A stretch of 64,000 nucleotides of DNA from Steroidobacteraceae bacterium (lineage in GTDB: Bacteria; Pseudomonadota; Gammaproteobacteria; Steroidobacterales; Steroidobacteraceae): assembly GCA_035314705.1 (NCBI GenBank), contig DATFZF010000047.1, forward strand, positions 20,245-84,244, written 5' to 3'. The notes beneath the pieces were generated by a model, which was given only the letters and a program-made list of their open reading frames with translations, searched no databases and had not been told where the DNA came from. Below are positions 29,089 to 38,563 of the stretch, piece after piece. Every line of letters starts with the position of its first letter. Position 1 is the stretch's first letter. The position numbers and the translations under genes are program-made.

Positions 29089-29865
29089 CTAGCCTTCCCA
29101 CAATTTCCAGGGCGCGGCGCCGCTATCCCAGAGCGCATTGAGGTGTTGCTTGTCGCGCAGAGTGTCCATCGGCTGCCAGAAGCCGCGATGCACCCACGCG
29201 GACAATTGACCGTCCGCGGCCAGGCTCTCCATGGGCTCCTTTTCCCAGACGGTGTCGTGACCGTCGATCAGTTCGAGCACACTCGGCTCCAGAACGAAGA
29301 AACCGCCGTTGATCAGGCCGCCCTCCGCCGTCGGCTTCTCTTCGAACGAGACCACGGCGGTCCCTTGCGTCGCGATGCGGCCGAAGCGCGCCGGCGGCCG
29401 CACGCAGGCCACGGTGGCCTTGCGTCCGTGGTGGGCATGGAAGGCGATCTCCGCGCCGATATCGATGTTCGCCAGGCCGTCGCCGTACGTCATGCAAAAC
29501 GGCTCGCCGGCGTTCAAGTATTTGTGGACCTGCAACAGCCGCCCGCCCGTCATGCTTTCCTCGCCGGTATCGACGAGCGTCACTTTCCAAGGTTCGCTGC
29601 GACAATCGTGGTACTCGACGCGGTTCTCCCGCATGTCGAAGGTGACATCCGCCTGATGCAGAAAATAATTCGCGAAATATTCCTTGATGACGTAGCCCTT
29701 GTATCCAAGGCACACGATGAATTCTCGGACGCCGAAGGACGCGTACAGCTTCATGATGTGCCAGAGGATGGGCTGCGCGCCGATTTCGACCATGGGTTTC
29801 GGGCGCGTGCTCGACTCCTCGGCGATGCGCGTGCCCTTGCCGCCGGCGAGAATTACGCACTTCAT
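29089..29865 (-). CDS. rfbF: glucose-1-phosphate cytidylyltransferase
   Basis: MKCVILAGGKGTRIAEESSTRPKPMVEIGAQPILWHIMKLY; 258 aa. Confidence 0.95.
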   Translation of the reverse strand: MKCVILAGGKGTRIAEESSTRPKPMVEIGAQPILWHIMKLYASFGVREFIVCLGYKGYVIKEYFANYFLHQADVTFDMRENRVEYHDCRSEPWKVTLVDTGEESMTGGRLLQVHKYLNAGEPFCMTYGDGLANIDIGAEIAFHAHHGRKATVACVRPPARFGRIATQGTAVVSFEEKPTAEGGLINGGFFVLEPSVLELIDGHDTVWEKEPMESLAADGQLSAWVHRGFWQPMDTLRDKQHLNALWDSGAAPWKLWEG

Positions 29866-30950
29866 GGCGATCGCTGCATCAATTCACGGTACCGCGCAAT
29901 TTGCGTTGCCGAAAATGCCAACATGTCCTCTCCCGCCGTATGCGCCAAATACCAGTCCGCCGTCCATGCCAGCGACTCGCGGATGTCCAGACGGGGACGC
30001 CAGCCGAGTGCCTGCACCGCCAGCGCCGACGACAGGGTCAGCGCCTGAGCCTCGGGCGGCTGCGGTGCCGGGTCGCGCACCCACCCGGGCCGGCCCCCGA
30101 ATCGCGTCCCGAAGGCATCCACCACCTCGCGTACCGTGCAGAAGGATGCCGGGTCCGGGCCAAAATTGACAGCGCGCGGCGCCTTCTGCGGCGCCCGCAC
30201 CAGGGCCTCGGCCAGGGTCAGGTAGCCCGACAGGGGTTCGAGCACGTGCTGCCAGGGACGGATGGCATCGGGGTAGCGCAGGTTCACCGCCTGCCCGGAC
30301 TTCAATGCCCTGACGCAGTCGGGAATGAGACGGTCTTGCGACCAGTCTCCGCCGCCGATGACATTGCCCGCCCGCGCGGTGGCGATGGGCGCTCCGTCGG
30401 CGAAGAAACTGTCGCGAAAACTCGCCGCCACCAGTTCGGTACAGGCCTTGCTGTTGCTGTAGGGATCATGGCCGCCGAGCCGATCGCTCTCGGCGAAGGG
30501 ACGGCCCTCGCCGTGATTCTCATAAACCTTGTCGCTGGTGACGACGATGACACACTCCAAATTCGGCAGCGTCCGGCACGCCTGCAGCAGCGCGGCGGTG
30601 CCCATGACATTGGTGGCGTAGGTGCCTAAGGGGTCGCGGTAGGACTCACGGACCAGCGCTTGGGCCGCCATGTGAATCACGATCTGCGGAGCGGCGCGCG
30701 CCACGGCGTCGCCCACTCGCTCGGCATCGCGAATATCGGCAATCACCGAGCGAGGCGACCCGCCGGCGTGCGTCGCCGCGCCGACCATGCTCCACAAATT
30801 CGGTTCCCCGACGGGCGCCAACGCGTATCCCGTGACCTCGGCGCCCAAGTCCTTGAGCCACAAACTCATCCAGGCGCCCTTGAAGCCGGTGTGTCCGGTG
30901 AGCAGGACGCGCCGCCCGCGCCAGAACCCCGGCGCTCCGCTACCGCTCAT
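29862..30950 (-). CDS. rfbG: CDP-glucose 4,6-dehydratase
   Basis: FWRGRRVLLTGHTGFKGAWMSLWL, YSNSKACTE (YxxxK); 362 aa; 4-nt overlap with rfbF. Confidence 0.95.
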   Translation of the reverse strand: MSGSGAPGFWRGRRVLLTGHTGFKGAWMSLWLKDLGAEVTGYALAPVGEPNLWSMVGAATHAGGSPRSVIADIRDAERVGDAVARAAPQIVIHMAAQALVRESYRDPLGTYATNVMGTAALLQACRTLPNLECVIVVTSDKVYENHGEGRPFAESDRLGGHDPYSNSKACTELVAASFRDSFFADGAPIATARAGNVIGGGDWSQDRLIPDCVRALKSGQAVNLRYPDAIRPWQHVLEPLSGYLTLAEALVRAPQKAPRAVNFGPDPASFCTVREVVDAFGTRFGGRPGWVRDPAPQPPEAQALTLSSALAVQALGWRPRLDIRESLAWTADWYLAHTAGEDMLAFSATQIARYRELMQRSP

Positions 30951-31830
30951 TCTGCGGCCAGTATGATTTCAAAACACTCAAGGCGGGCCGGACTCGCCGA
31001 TGTCCGAACGCGCCGCCGGCGCGGATCTGGAAATTCAGGATTTTACGCAGCCCGCGGACCAGCAGGAACACATCCCTGTACTGGGTGCGTCCCTGCGTCG
31101 CATAGGCGATTTTCAGGGCATCGCACACGATGGCGACCGGCAGCTTGTAGATGCGCGACCGCGCCACGAAGGGATCGCGCACTCGCGCCGCAAAACTGCG
31201 GTCCTGGGTCAGGATCCAGGTCGCCATTCTCTCCATGACGAATATTTTCATCTGCACGTTGAAGCCGCCGCGATAGCGCGTCGGAGCGCGCAGCGCCTCG
31301 CCGAGTTCATCGTCCGGCGTCTCCGCGATCGCAAACATCCTTTCGTTGATCGCAAGCCATGCCCGCCAGAAGCGCGGCTTGGCAATGAAATAATTCGAGT
31401 GCACCGTGTTCCTGGAATCGGACACCAGCGAGTCCAGGTCGCTGGGCAATTCCAGCCGCTCGAGCAGCCTTTGGGCGACGGCTTTGAGCCCCGGGTGTTC
31501 GGCATCGCCGTGCTCGAAGACGTTCAGATAATAGGCGCTGTTGTGAATGCTGGGGCTCAACAGAATGACTTCGGCCGTGCCGTCCGCGGCAAGAATGAAC
31601 TCGCGCACGTCGGCCGCGCTCAAGCTGGTCTTGAGCTTGAATTTCGGCGACAAAAATCCGTAGAAGGCATTCTCGTCCAGCGCTTCGGTGAGCAAGAACC
31701 TTCTGATCGGCCAATATTCGAACCAATCGGGCCGCTCATTGGACGAGTTGTCCAGGACACCGAAGTCCGGATCCAGCTCTTGGCGCGACGTGTAGTGGTT
31801 CAGGATCTGATAGATATGCATGGCATGCAT
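30940..31830 (-). CDS. hypothetical protein inside the glycan operon (no family recognised)
   Basis: ORF 30940..32028, trimmed to ATG 31830 (MHAMHIYQILNHY...) because the upstream GT gene ends at 31869. 11-nt overlap with the rfbG start. Good GC3. Confidence 0.6.
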   Translation of the reverse strand: MHAMHIYQILNHYTSRQELDPDFGVLDNSSNERPDWFEYWPIRRFLLTEALDENAFYGFLSPKFKLKTSLSAADVREFILAADGTAEVILLSPSIHNSAYYLNVFEHGDAEHPGLKAVAQRLLERLELPSDLDSLVSDSRNTVHSNYFIAKPRFWRAWLAINERMFAIAETPDDELGEALRAPTRYRGGFNVQMKIFVMERMATWILTQDRSFAARVRDPFVARSRIYKLPVAIVCDALKIAYATQGRTQYRDVFLLVRGLRKILNFQIRAGGAFGHRRVRPALSVLKSYWPQNER

Positions 31831-31868
31831 CGTTCGCGAAGGATACCGGCTTCCGCGGCGGGGCGCAT

Positions 31869-32885
31869 TCAATCCTTGGGTCCCGCCGTCAGCCCTTGCA
31901 GCAATTCCAAGTATCGCGCCTGGTAGGTGCGCATCGAGTAGCGCGCTTCGACGTGCGCGAGCCCGTTGGCGCCGAAGCGCGCGCGCAGCTCCGGCGACTC
32001 GATCAGTGATTCCAAGCTCCGTTCCCACTCATCGTCCGAGCGCGCATGAAAGCCGTTGAAGCCGTCGATCACCGCTTCGGTATTGGCGCCGACCGGCGAG
32101 GCTACGCACGGCAGCGCGGCCGCCATGTACTGCAATAATTTGAACGCGCACTTGCCCCGCGCCCACGCGTCATCGGTCAGCGGCATGACGCCGATGTGCG
32201 CCGCGGCCAGCGACTGCGCTTCGGTCGCCGAACTCCAGGCAATGCGTTCGATGTTGACCTCCGGCCAGTCCGGAAAGCGGGAACAGATGACCCGCAGCTT
32301 GAGCGTCGGGTGCCGGCCGGCGAGGCGCGCCAAGGCGGGCCGGATCATCTCCAAATAAACCAGGTTCTCCGGACTGCCGATCCATACGATGGTCGGCGGG
32401 TCCGCGGCGCTCGCCGTCGTCGGTTGATAGACGGCGGTGTCGATCGAAGTCGGCAGTATGGCGACGGCCCGCGCCGCCGCGCGCGCGACACCGGCCAAGA
32501 CGTCGTTGCCGGCGGCGACCACGTCCACCCAGCGGCAGGTGGCCGCGAATTTCTTCTTGCGCCAAGGCGATTCGTCCGCCGCTTCGCCGAGCCGGCGCGG
32601 CTTGCGCACATAGATTGCATCATCGACGTCGAACACCCGCCGCCGGGTGAATGCGGCAAAGAGACGCGCCTCCACCGCGCTCAATTTGATCTGGTGCAGC
32701 ACCACCACGTCCGCCGCGCGCAGCAGCGCGCGGCGCTCCCAGGTTCTGATGCCGTAGCGGCCGCTCGGAAAGCGCTCCGCCCGCACCTGCCACCCGGCCG
32801 CCTCGAGCGTGCCGACGAGGCTCAACATGCGATGCCGGAATGACGGCTGTTTTGGGTCATAGCCCAACAAGACGATGCTCGGCAT
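31869..32885 (-). CDS. glycosyltransferase, GT4 / Glycos_transf_1 type
   Basis: C-terminal GKCAFKLLQYMAAALPCVASPVGANTEAVIDGFNGFHA (EX7E-type region). ATG 32885 follows GAGGGA. Confidence 0.85.
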   Translation of the reverse strand: MPSIVLLGYDPKQPSFRHRMLSLVGTLEAAGWQVRAERFPSGRYGIRTWERRALLRAADVVVLHQIKLSAVEARLFAAFTRRRVFDVDDAIYVRKPRRLGEAADESPWRKKKFAATCRWVDVVAAGNDVLAGVARAAARAVAILPTSIDTAVYQPTTASAADPPTIVWIGSPENLVYLEMIRPALARLAGRHPTLKLRVICSRFPDWPEVNIERIAWSSATEAQSLAAAHIGVMPLTDDAWARGKCAFKLLQYMAAALPCVASPVGANTEAVIDGFNGFHARSDDEWERSLESLIESPELRARFGANGLAHVEARYSMRTYQARYLELLQGLTAGPKD

Positions 32886-32895
32886 GACCGTTCCC

Positions 32896-34035
32896 TCAAC
32901 TCCCCGCCGCGTCATGCGTCGGCTCGAGGAGGCCGGTCATCGCCGCCATTGCAATCTCCACGCCGTCGGCGAGTCCCACACCGCGAGCGCGCGCGGCAAG
33001 CGCGGCGCGTTGCGGTTCGTTCTGCAGCAAGCGGTTCGCAGCTTGCACGATGCTGGTGCTGTCGAGTCGCGCGGCCTGCGCCACTCCGGCCGCGACGCAG
33101 CGCCGCGTGCGCTCGGCCTGATCCTTGGCAATGGGAACCGCCACGCAGGCGGCGCCGCAGGCGACGGACTGCAGGAGCGTCGACCCGCCGTTGGCAACGA
33201 CCAACCGTGCCGAGCGCATGAACTCCGTGAGCTCGGCCTGCGGCAGGGGACCGAAGCGATGCCAATTAGGTGGAGGCGCCGCGCCGCCTGCGCCCGCGTC
33301 CGCGTCCGCACCCGCGCCCGCCGGGCCCACGTACAGCGTCGGCGTGCCGGCGGCGGCGATCGCGCGCGCCGCGGCCATGAATTGATGTTCCGCATCGTCG
33401 GCGCCCGGATGACCGGTACCCCCGCCCGGAACGACCAGCACGTAGGTGCCGGGAGCGCAGCCGGCGCGCGCCAGGATGGCGTCCCGCTGCTGCGGATCCG
33501 CGCGCGACATGATGACGTCGAGGTAGCGCACCGCCGGCCGCCCGAGAATCTGCAACTTGAGCCGCTCGAGCACGCCTAAGCCGCCGGCGATGAACTGCGG
33601 GTACGCAATCCAGTGTTCGTCGATCAGCCGCATCCAGCGCACGCGAAACGCCTTGTATCTTTGACGCCTGCGCGCACTGATGTAAACAATGCGCGCGCCC
33701 AAGCGCCGCGCCGCACGCAGCTGCGCCGTGCGCCCCGCATTGTCGAATACCGCGATATCGGGCCGCCACTGCTCGAGCAACTCGATGACGGCCGCCGAGT
33801 GAAACGTCGCCGATGAGGGCAGCAGCGTCTTGGGGAAAGGCGCATCCGCCGCGTACGGCGCTTCGCGGCTCAACACGAAGTGGATGCCGGCACCGGGCCA
33901 GCGCCGGCTCGCCGCGCGCGCGATCGCCAGGGAACGCGCATATTCGCCCATGCCGTAGGTCCCGGACACGGGAACGAACAGAAGCCGCGGTGCGCGCCGC
34001 GCCTCGAGCAGCGGGCTCGCGGGAATGCTAGCCAA
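32896..34035 (-). CDS. putative GT-B glycosyltransferase (GT28/MurG-like C-terminal domain)
   Basis: ARLVVANGGSTLLQSVACGAACVAVPIAKDQAERT resembles the GT28/GT1 C-terminal nucleotide-sugar binding region. Gly/Ala/Asp low-complexity linker between the halves. Confidence 0.6.
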   Translation of the reverse strand: MASIPASPLLEARRAPRLLFVPVSGTYGMGEYARSLAIARAASRRWPGAGIHFVLSREAPYAADAPFPKTLLPSSATFHSAAVIELLEQWRPDIAVFDNAGRTAQLRAARRLGARIVYISARRRQRYKAFRVRWMRLIDEHWIAYPQFIAGGLGVLERLKLQILGRPAVRYLDVIMSRADPQQRDAILARAGCAPGTYVLVVPGGGTGHPGADDAEHQFMAAARAIAAAGTPTLYVGPAGAGADADAGAGGAAPPPNWHRFGPLPQAELTEFMRSARLVVANGGSTLLQSVACGAACVAVPIAKDQAERTRRCVAAGVAQAARLDSTSIVQAANRLLQNEPQRAALAARARGVGLADGVEIAMAAMTGLLEPTHDAAGS

Positions 34036-35764
34036 AGGCGGTAAACCAGCGATCCAGCACCAACAGATACCAGGCTCTGCGAAATTCGCTCCCCACCTCG
34101 ACCTGCAGCACGCCGCGCTCCATCAGGCGCCGGACGGCGTCGCGCAGCACCTGCGGATGGCGCCGCAGCCAGCGGTGCACGGGAAGACCAAACCCGGATT
34201 TCGGCTGATCCAAATGGCCCGGCGGCAAGCGCGGCTCCATGAGTTGACGGACCAACAATTTGCCGCGCCGCCGCCGCTGATCGATGAGCACCTGCGGATC
34301 CACGCTCAGCATGAACTCGACCAGGCGGTGATCCAGCAGCGGGGGCCGCACCTCGAGCGAGTGCGCCATGCTGGTTCGGTCGACTTTGGTCAGCAGCCCT
34401 TCGGCCAGGTCAGTATTCAAATCGAGCCAACGCAATTGAGCCAGAGGGCTCAAGTCTTCACGCCAAAATTGCCGGTAGAACCACAGGTAATCGTACTGCG
34501 GCTCCCGCCAGCGCTTCGTCAACAAGACATCGATCTGCTGCGCCGTCAGACCCCCGAGGGCCGCGGCATAGGCGGGCAGTCCCGCATAGGCGTGGCGTTG
34601 CATCGACGAGGCCAAGCGCGACAGCGGCGGCAAGCAGCGGGCCAGGGATCGATTGAAGATGTTCGAGCGCGCGCCGACTCTCGACCAGTAGCGCGGATAG
34701 CCGCAGAAGATTTCATCGCCGCCCTCGCCGCTCAGCGCCACCGTCACTTCTCGGCGGGCGAATTGCGCGATCAGATAGTTCGACCAAGCGGCGCTGTCGC
34801 CGAAGGGTTCGTCGAAAAGCGCGGACATGCGCCCCAGAGCTTCTTCAAAATCCGCCAGTGGCGCCGTCATCTCCAGGTGCTCGGTGTGCAGATGCGCGGC
34901 CGCGCGGCGCGCCGCCTCCGTTTCGGAGCGCACGCCCGAATCGAATCCCAAGGTGTAGGTGCGCGGGGTATCCAAGTAGTAAGTGGTGAGCGCCGAATCG
35001 ATGCCGCCGCTCAGGAAGACCCCGACCGGCACATCGGAGAGCGTGTGCGCCGGCACCACATCGCGAAGCAGCGCATCGAGTTCGCTCACCGTGTCGCCGG
35101 CGCTGCGCTCGAGGATTGCGGTCGGCGGATTCCAATAGCGCTCGATCCTGATGCGGCCCTCGGCCCAAGTCAGAGTGTGCCCGGCCGGCAGCTTCGCGAT
35201 GCCCTGGTAGATGGTTTTCGGCGCGGGGATGTAGCCGTGAAACAAATAATCTCGCACGGCGCTGTGATCGATCTCGGGCCGGCCCAGAACCAGCAGCGCC
35301 TTGAGTTCCGACGCAAACGCAATGCCGTCGGGCAAGAGTTGGTAGTACAGCGGCTTGATGCCGAGCCGATCGCGAACCAGCAGCAGGCGCCGCTCCGCCC
35401 TGTCCCATGCGGCAAACGCAAACATCCCGACCAGGCGGTCGAGGCAGGCGCTGCCGTGCTTCGCCAGAAGATGGACCAGCACCTCGGTGTCGCCGCTCGA
35501 GCGCCACGGTCCGGGCAGTTCGGCGCGCAGCCGCTCATGGTTGTAGATCTCGCCGTTGTAGGACAGCACCTGGGAATCGAACAGCATGGGCTGATGCCCG
35601 CACTCCGATAAATCCAGGATGGCCAGCCGGCGATGCGCCAACGCGGCTCCCGGCTCGCCCCACACCCCTTCGCCGTCCGGACCACGATGCCGCAGTCTTT
35701 GCGCCATGCTGCGGGCGATTTCGACGCTTGCCCGCGAGCCAATGATTCCGGCTATGCCACACAT
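34028..35764 (-). CDS. asnB: asparagine synthase (glutamine-hydrolysing) family amidotransferase
   Basis: MCGIAGIIG N-terminal Cys nucleophile at ATG 35764; PP-loop FLSGGIDSALT. Confidence 0.92.
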   Translation of the reverse strand: MCGIAGIIGSRASVEIARSMAQRLRHRGPDGEGVWGEPGAALAHRRLAILDLSECGHQPMLFDSQVLSYNGEIYNHERLRAELPGPWRSSGDTEVLVHLLAKHGSACLDRLVGMFAFAAWDRAERRLLLVRDRLGIKPLYYQLLPDGIAFASELKALLVLGRPEIDHSAVRDYLFHGYIPAPKTIYQGIAKLPAGHTLTWAEGRIRIERYWNPPTAILERSAGDTVSELDALLRDVVPAHTLSDVPVGVFLSGGIDSALTTYYLDTPRTYTLGFDSGVRSETEAARRAAAHLHTEHLEMTAPLADFEEALGRMSALFDEPFGDSAAWSNYLIAQFARREVTVALSGEGGDEIFCGYPRYWSRVGARSNIFNRSLARCLPPLSRLASSMQRHAYAGLPAYAAALGGLTAQQIDVLLTKRWREPQYDYLWFYRQFWREDLSPLAQLRWLDLNTDLAEGLLTKVDRTSMAHSLEVRPPLLDHRLVEFMLSVDPQVLIDQRRRRGKLLVRQLMEPRLPPGHLDQPKSGFGLPVHRWLRRHPQVLRDAVRRLMERGVLQVEVGSEFRRAWYLLVLDRWFTAFG

Positions 35765-35852
35765 GGCCGGCAGTCTAGCGCGGCCGAGTCGCGATGTACC
35801 GCTAGCCATCGGGCAGCGGTTCGTTTAGGGTGCAGCCTGGAGCTGCAAAGAC

Positions 35853-36788
35853 ATGGCAACACCCGCCGATCAACGACTGCTGGAACTATTGGATAAATGG
35901 CTCAAGAGCCTTGAGCTGCACGCCAAGTACTCCTCGCTCGACGACCAAAGCTATTGGAAGATCCAGCCGTGGGTCGAGCATCAGCGCCCGAGCCGCTGGA
36001 TCGTCGATCTGGCGACGCAAAAAACCCTCGCCCTGCGGACCCAAATCGAAGAACGCATGAAAATGGGCGATGCGAAGTATTCGGATTCGCTGGAACTCAT
36101 GATCTTTCTCGCGAACCTGGTGGGATCCGAACACATCGAGCGCTTCATCCCCCTGGCCGAGGCGCACAACGAGCGCTCCTTGCACGACGCGGCGCCCGAC
36201 GAGACCACAGCGGACGAAGCGGCGCCCGACCAGACGCGCGAGCAGCCCGCGCCCGCCCAGGCCGCGGCCCGTCGCGCCGTGGCCGATGATGCGCCAACCG
36301 ACAACGCCATGCTCCTGCACACCACGCCCGTGCCGACGATCGCGGTGACGGCGACCCGCGAAATGCCGCAATTTGTCGCCACCAAGCACACCCCGCCTCC
36401 CGCGGGCACCGCACACGTGGCGCGCACGGAGCGCAGGGCTCATCCCAGACCAGCCGCAAAACCCACGCCCAAGCATCATCCCCCGCGGCTCGGGGCGACC
36501 GCGAAGCCGGCACCCGTCTTGAAGCCCGCGCCTGCCTTGAAACCGGCCGTCAAACCCGTTTCCAAAGTCGCGCCTGCCGCGCCGGCCGACCGCAGCGGAC
36601 CCTCGGAGGCCGCATGCGCACAGGTCATAGCCGACGCGGCTCGCTTGGTGCAATGGGGACGCAAGTGGTACGAATTGCCTGAGCTGATCGCGCGCATGGC
36701 GGACCGGCCCTCGCTGCCCGAGGTTCGGCGTATACTCAAAGAAAATAAGTCAGCCATCGATGCCAAGGTTGGAGCACCCAGCCCGTAG
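35853..36788 (+). CDS. hypothetical protein: ordered N- and C-terminal domains joined by a long Pro/Ala-rich linker
   Basis: 311 aa. N-terminal region ~100 aa (LLELLDKWLKSLELHAKYSSLDDQSYWKIQPW), ~150 aa P/A/T-rich region with KPAPVL/KPAPAL/KPAVKP repeats, C-terminal region (VQWGRKWYELPELIARMADRPSLPEVRRILKE). Confidence 0.6.
   Translation: MATPADQRLLELLDKWLKSLELHAKYSSLDDQSYWKIQPWVEHQRPSRWIVDLATQKTLALRTQIEERMKMGDAKYSDSLELMIFLANLVGSEHIERFIPLAEAHNERSLHDAAPDETTADEAAPDQTREQPAPAQAAARRAVADDAPTDNAMLLHTTPVPTIAVTATREMPQFVATKHTPPPAGTAHVARTERRAHPRPAAKPTPKHHPPRLGATAKPAPVLKPAPALKPAVKPVSKVAPAAPADRSGPSEAACAQVIADAARLVQWGRKWYELPELIARMADRPSLPEVRRILKENKSAIDAKVGAPSP
36504..36557 (+). repeat. degenerate 18-bp tandem repeat x3 within the CDS (KPAPxL units)
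   Basis: aagccggcacccgtcttg / aagcccgcgcctgccttg / aaaccggccgtcaaaccc. Confidence 0.6.
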
Positions 36789-36863
36789 CTCGCTGACCTA
36801 TCCGCGAAAAGTCGCGCCAAAAAAATTTGAACCTCCTTCGCAGATGAACGCTCAAAGGCGCCC

Positions 36864-37832
36864 ATGATTACGACGAAAAATTTATCCAAACGGTATGGCG
36901 ACAAGCTGGCGGTCGATGACCTGACGTTCAACGTGTCGCCGGGTGAGGTATTGGGCTTTTTGGGAGCCAACGGCGCGGGCAAAACCACGACCATGAGGAT
37001 GATCGCGGGCTTCATCGCTCCGTCCCAGGGCCAGGTCTCGGTCTGCGGACACGACATCGAACGCGACCCGGTGGCGGCCAAAGCGTGCATGGGATATCTC
37101 CCGGAGGGCGCTCCCAGCTATGGTGAAATGACCGTGGGCGAGTTTCTGGATTTCGTCGCCGACGTGCGCGGCCTCAGCGGCGAGCGGCGGCGCGAGAGAC
37201 GTACGGTCGTGGTCGACCGGCTGGGCTTGGCCCCCGTGATCCGGCAGGTGGTCGAGACGCTGTCCAAGGGTTTTCGCCGCCGCGTCGGCCTGGCGCAGGC
37301 GTTGATTCACGACCCTCAGGTGCTGATCCTGGACGAGCCGACCGACGGACTCGATCCCAATCAAAAGCATGAGGTGCGGCGCCTGATCAACGACCTCGGC
37401 AAGGATAAGTTGGTCATCGTCTCCACTCACATCCTGGAAGAGGTCCACGAGGTGTGCACGCGCGCCATCATCATCGCCAACGGACGCATCGTGGCGGATG
37501 AAACTCCGAGCGCCCTCGAAGCGCGTTCCCGCTACCATCACGCCGTCAGTCTGCGTTTCGAGTCCGCGCTGCAGCTCGAGGCGGCGCGGCGCGAGATCGC
37601 GCTGCTTCCCGAGGTCGCCGCGGTGGAATCCGATGCGCGCGCCTTGCGGCTCACGGCGGTGCCGAGACCGGGCGCCAATACTCTGTCGGCGGTAAGCGCC
37701 CTCATCGCCAAGCACGACTGGGACGTCCCCGAATTGCATCTCGAATCGGGGCGTCTCGACGAGGTGTTTCGCTCATTGACGCAGCCGCCGGGCATCGCCG
37801 TGTCGGATGCCGATCAGGGAGCCCTCGCATGA
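36864..37832 (+). CDS. ABC transporter ATP-binding protein (ABC-2 / GldA-like)
   Basis: Walker A GANGAGKTTT, signature LSKGFRRRVGLA, Walker B LILDEPTDGLD. Confidence 0.93.
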   Translation: MITTKNLSKRYGDKLAVDDLTFNVSPGEVLGFLGANGAGKTTTMRMIAGFIAPSQGQVSVCGHDIERDPVAAKACMGYLPEGAPSYGEMTVGEFLDFVADVRGLSGERRRERRTVVVDRLGLAPVIRQVVETLSKGFRRRVGLAQALIHDPQVLILDEPTDGLDPNQKHEVRRLINDLGKDKLVIVSTHILEEVHEVCTRAIIIANGRIVADETPSALEARSRYHHAVSLRFESALQLEAARREIALLPEVAAVESDARALRLTAVPRPGANTLSAVSALIAKHDWDVPELHLESGRLDEVFRSLTQPPGIAVSDADQGALA

Positions 37833-38563
37833 GCAAGATCCTGGTGATTTTCCGTCGCGAGCTGCGCAGTTATTTCGCGACCCCCCTGGCTTACGTATTC
37901 ATCGTGATTTTCCTGAGTCTGGCGGCGGTGTTCACCTTCCAGGTGGGCGGATTCTTCGAACGCGGTCAGGCGGACCTGCAGTCCTTCTTTCGCTGGCATC
38001 CGTGGGTTTATTTGGTGCTGATCCCGGCCATTTCGATGCGCCTGTGGGCCGAGGAGCGCAACAGCGGCAGCATCGAATTGCTGATGACGCTGCCCATTAC
38101 CCTGTGGCAGGCGGTGGTCGGCAAATTCCTGGCCGCCTGGGTATTCGCCGGCATCGCGCTGCTGCTCACATTTCCCATCTGGATCACGGTCAATTACCTC
38201 GGGTCTCCGGACAACGGTGCGATCGTCGCCGCCTACTTCGGCAGCCTGTTGATGGCGGGCGGCTTCCTGTCGATCGGCATGTGCCTCTCCGCCGCCACCC
38301 GCAATCAAGTGGTCGCGTTCATCACCGCGGCGCTGGTGGGGTTCGTGTTCCTGCTGGCGGGCTTTCCGCTGGTGCTCGATTTCGTGCGCGGCGTGCTGCC
38401 GCAGGCCATCGTCGACGCGATCGCCTCCTTGAGTTTTTTCACTCACTTCGAAGCCATCTCCAAGGGCGTCATTGATTTACGCGATCTCGTGTATTTCGGC
38501 GCCCTGATCGGCTTTTGGTTGGCCGCGACGGCCTTGGTACTCGACATGAAGAAGGCGGAATGA
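37829..38563 (+). CDS. ABC-2 type transporter permease (GldF-like)
   Basis: 244 aa, six hydrophobic segments, FRRELRSYFATPLAYVF N-terminus; ATGA overlap with the ATPase gene. Confidence 0.85.
   Translation: MSKILVIFRRELRSYFATPLAYVFIVIFLSLAAVFTFQVGGFFERGQADLQSFFRWHPWVYLVLIPAISMRLWAEERNSGSIELLMTLPITLWQAVVGKFLAAWVFAGIALLLTFPIWITVNYLGSPDNGAIVAAYFGSLLMAGGFLSIGMCLSAATRNQVVAFITAALVGFVFLLAGFPLVLDFVRGVLPQAIVDAIASLSFFTHFEAISKGVIDLRDLVYFGALIGFWLAATALVLDMKKAE

Noticed and set aside
27358-30048. 896-aa + strand ORF, the longest ORF in this part of the window
   Set aside because: It runs antisense across four independently recognisable genes (RfbC-like, C-methyltransferase, rfbF, rfbG). The product is Arg/Gly/Ala-rich with no motifs. 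It is a classic stop-free shadow frame of high-GC coding DNA.
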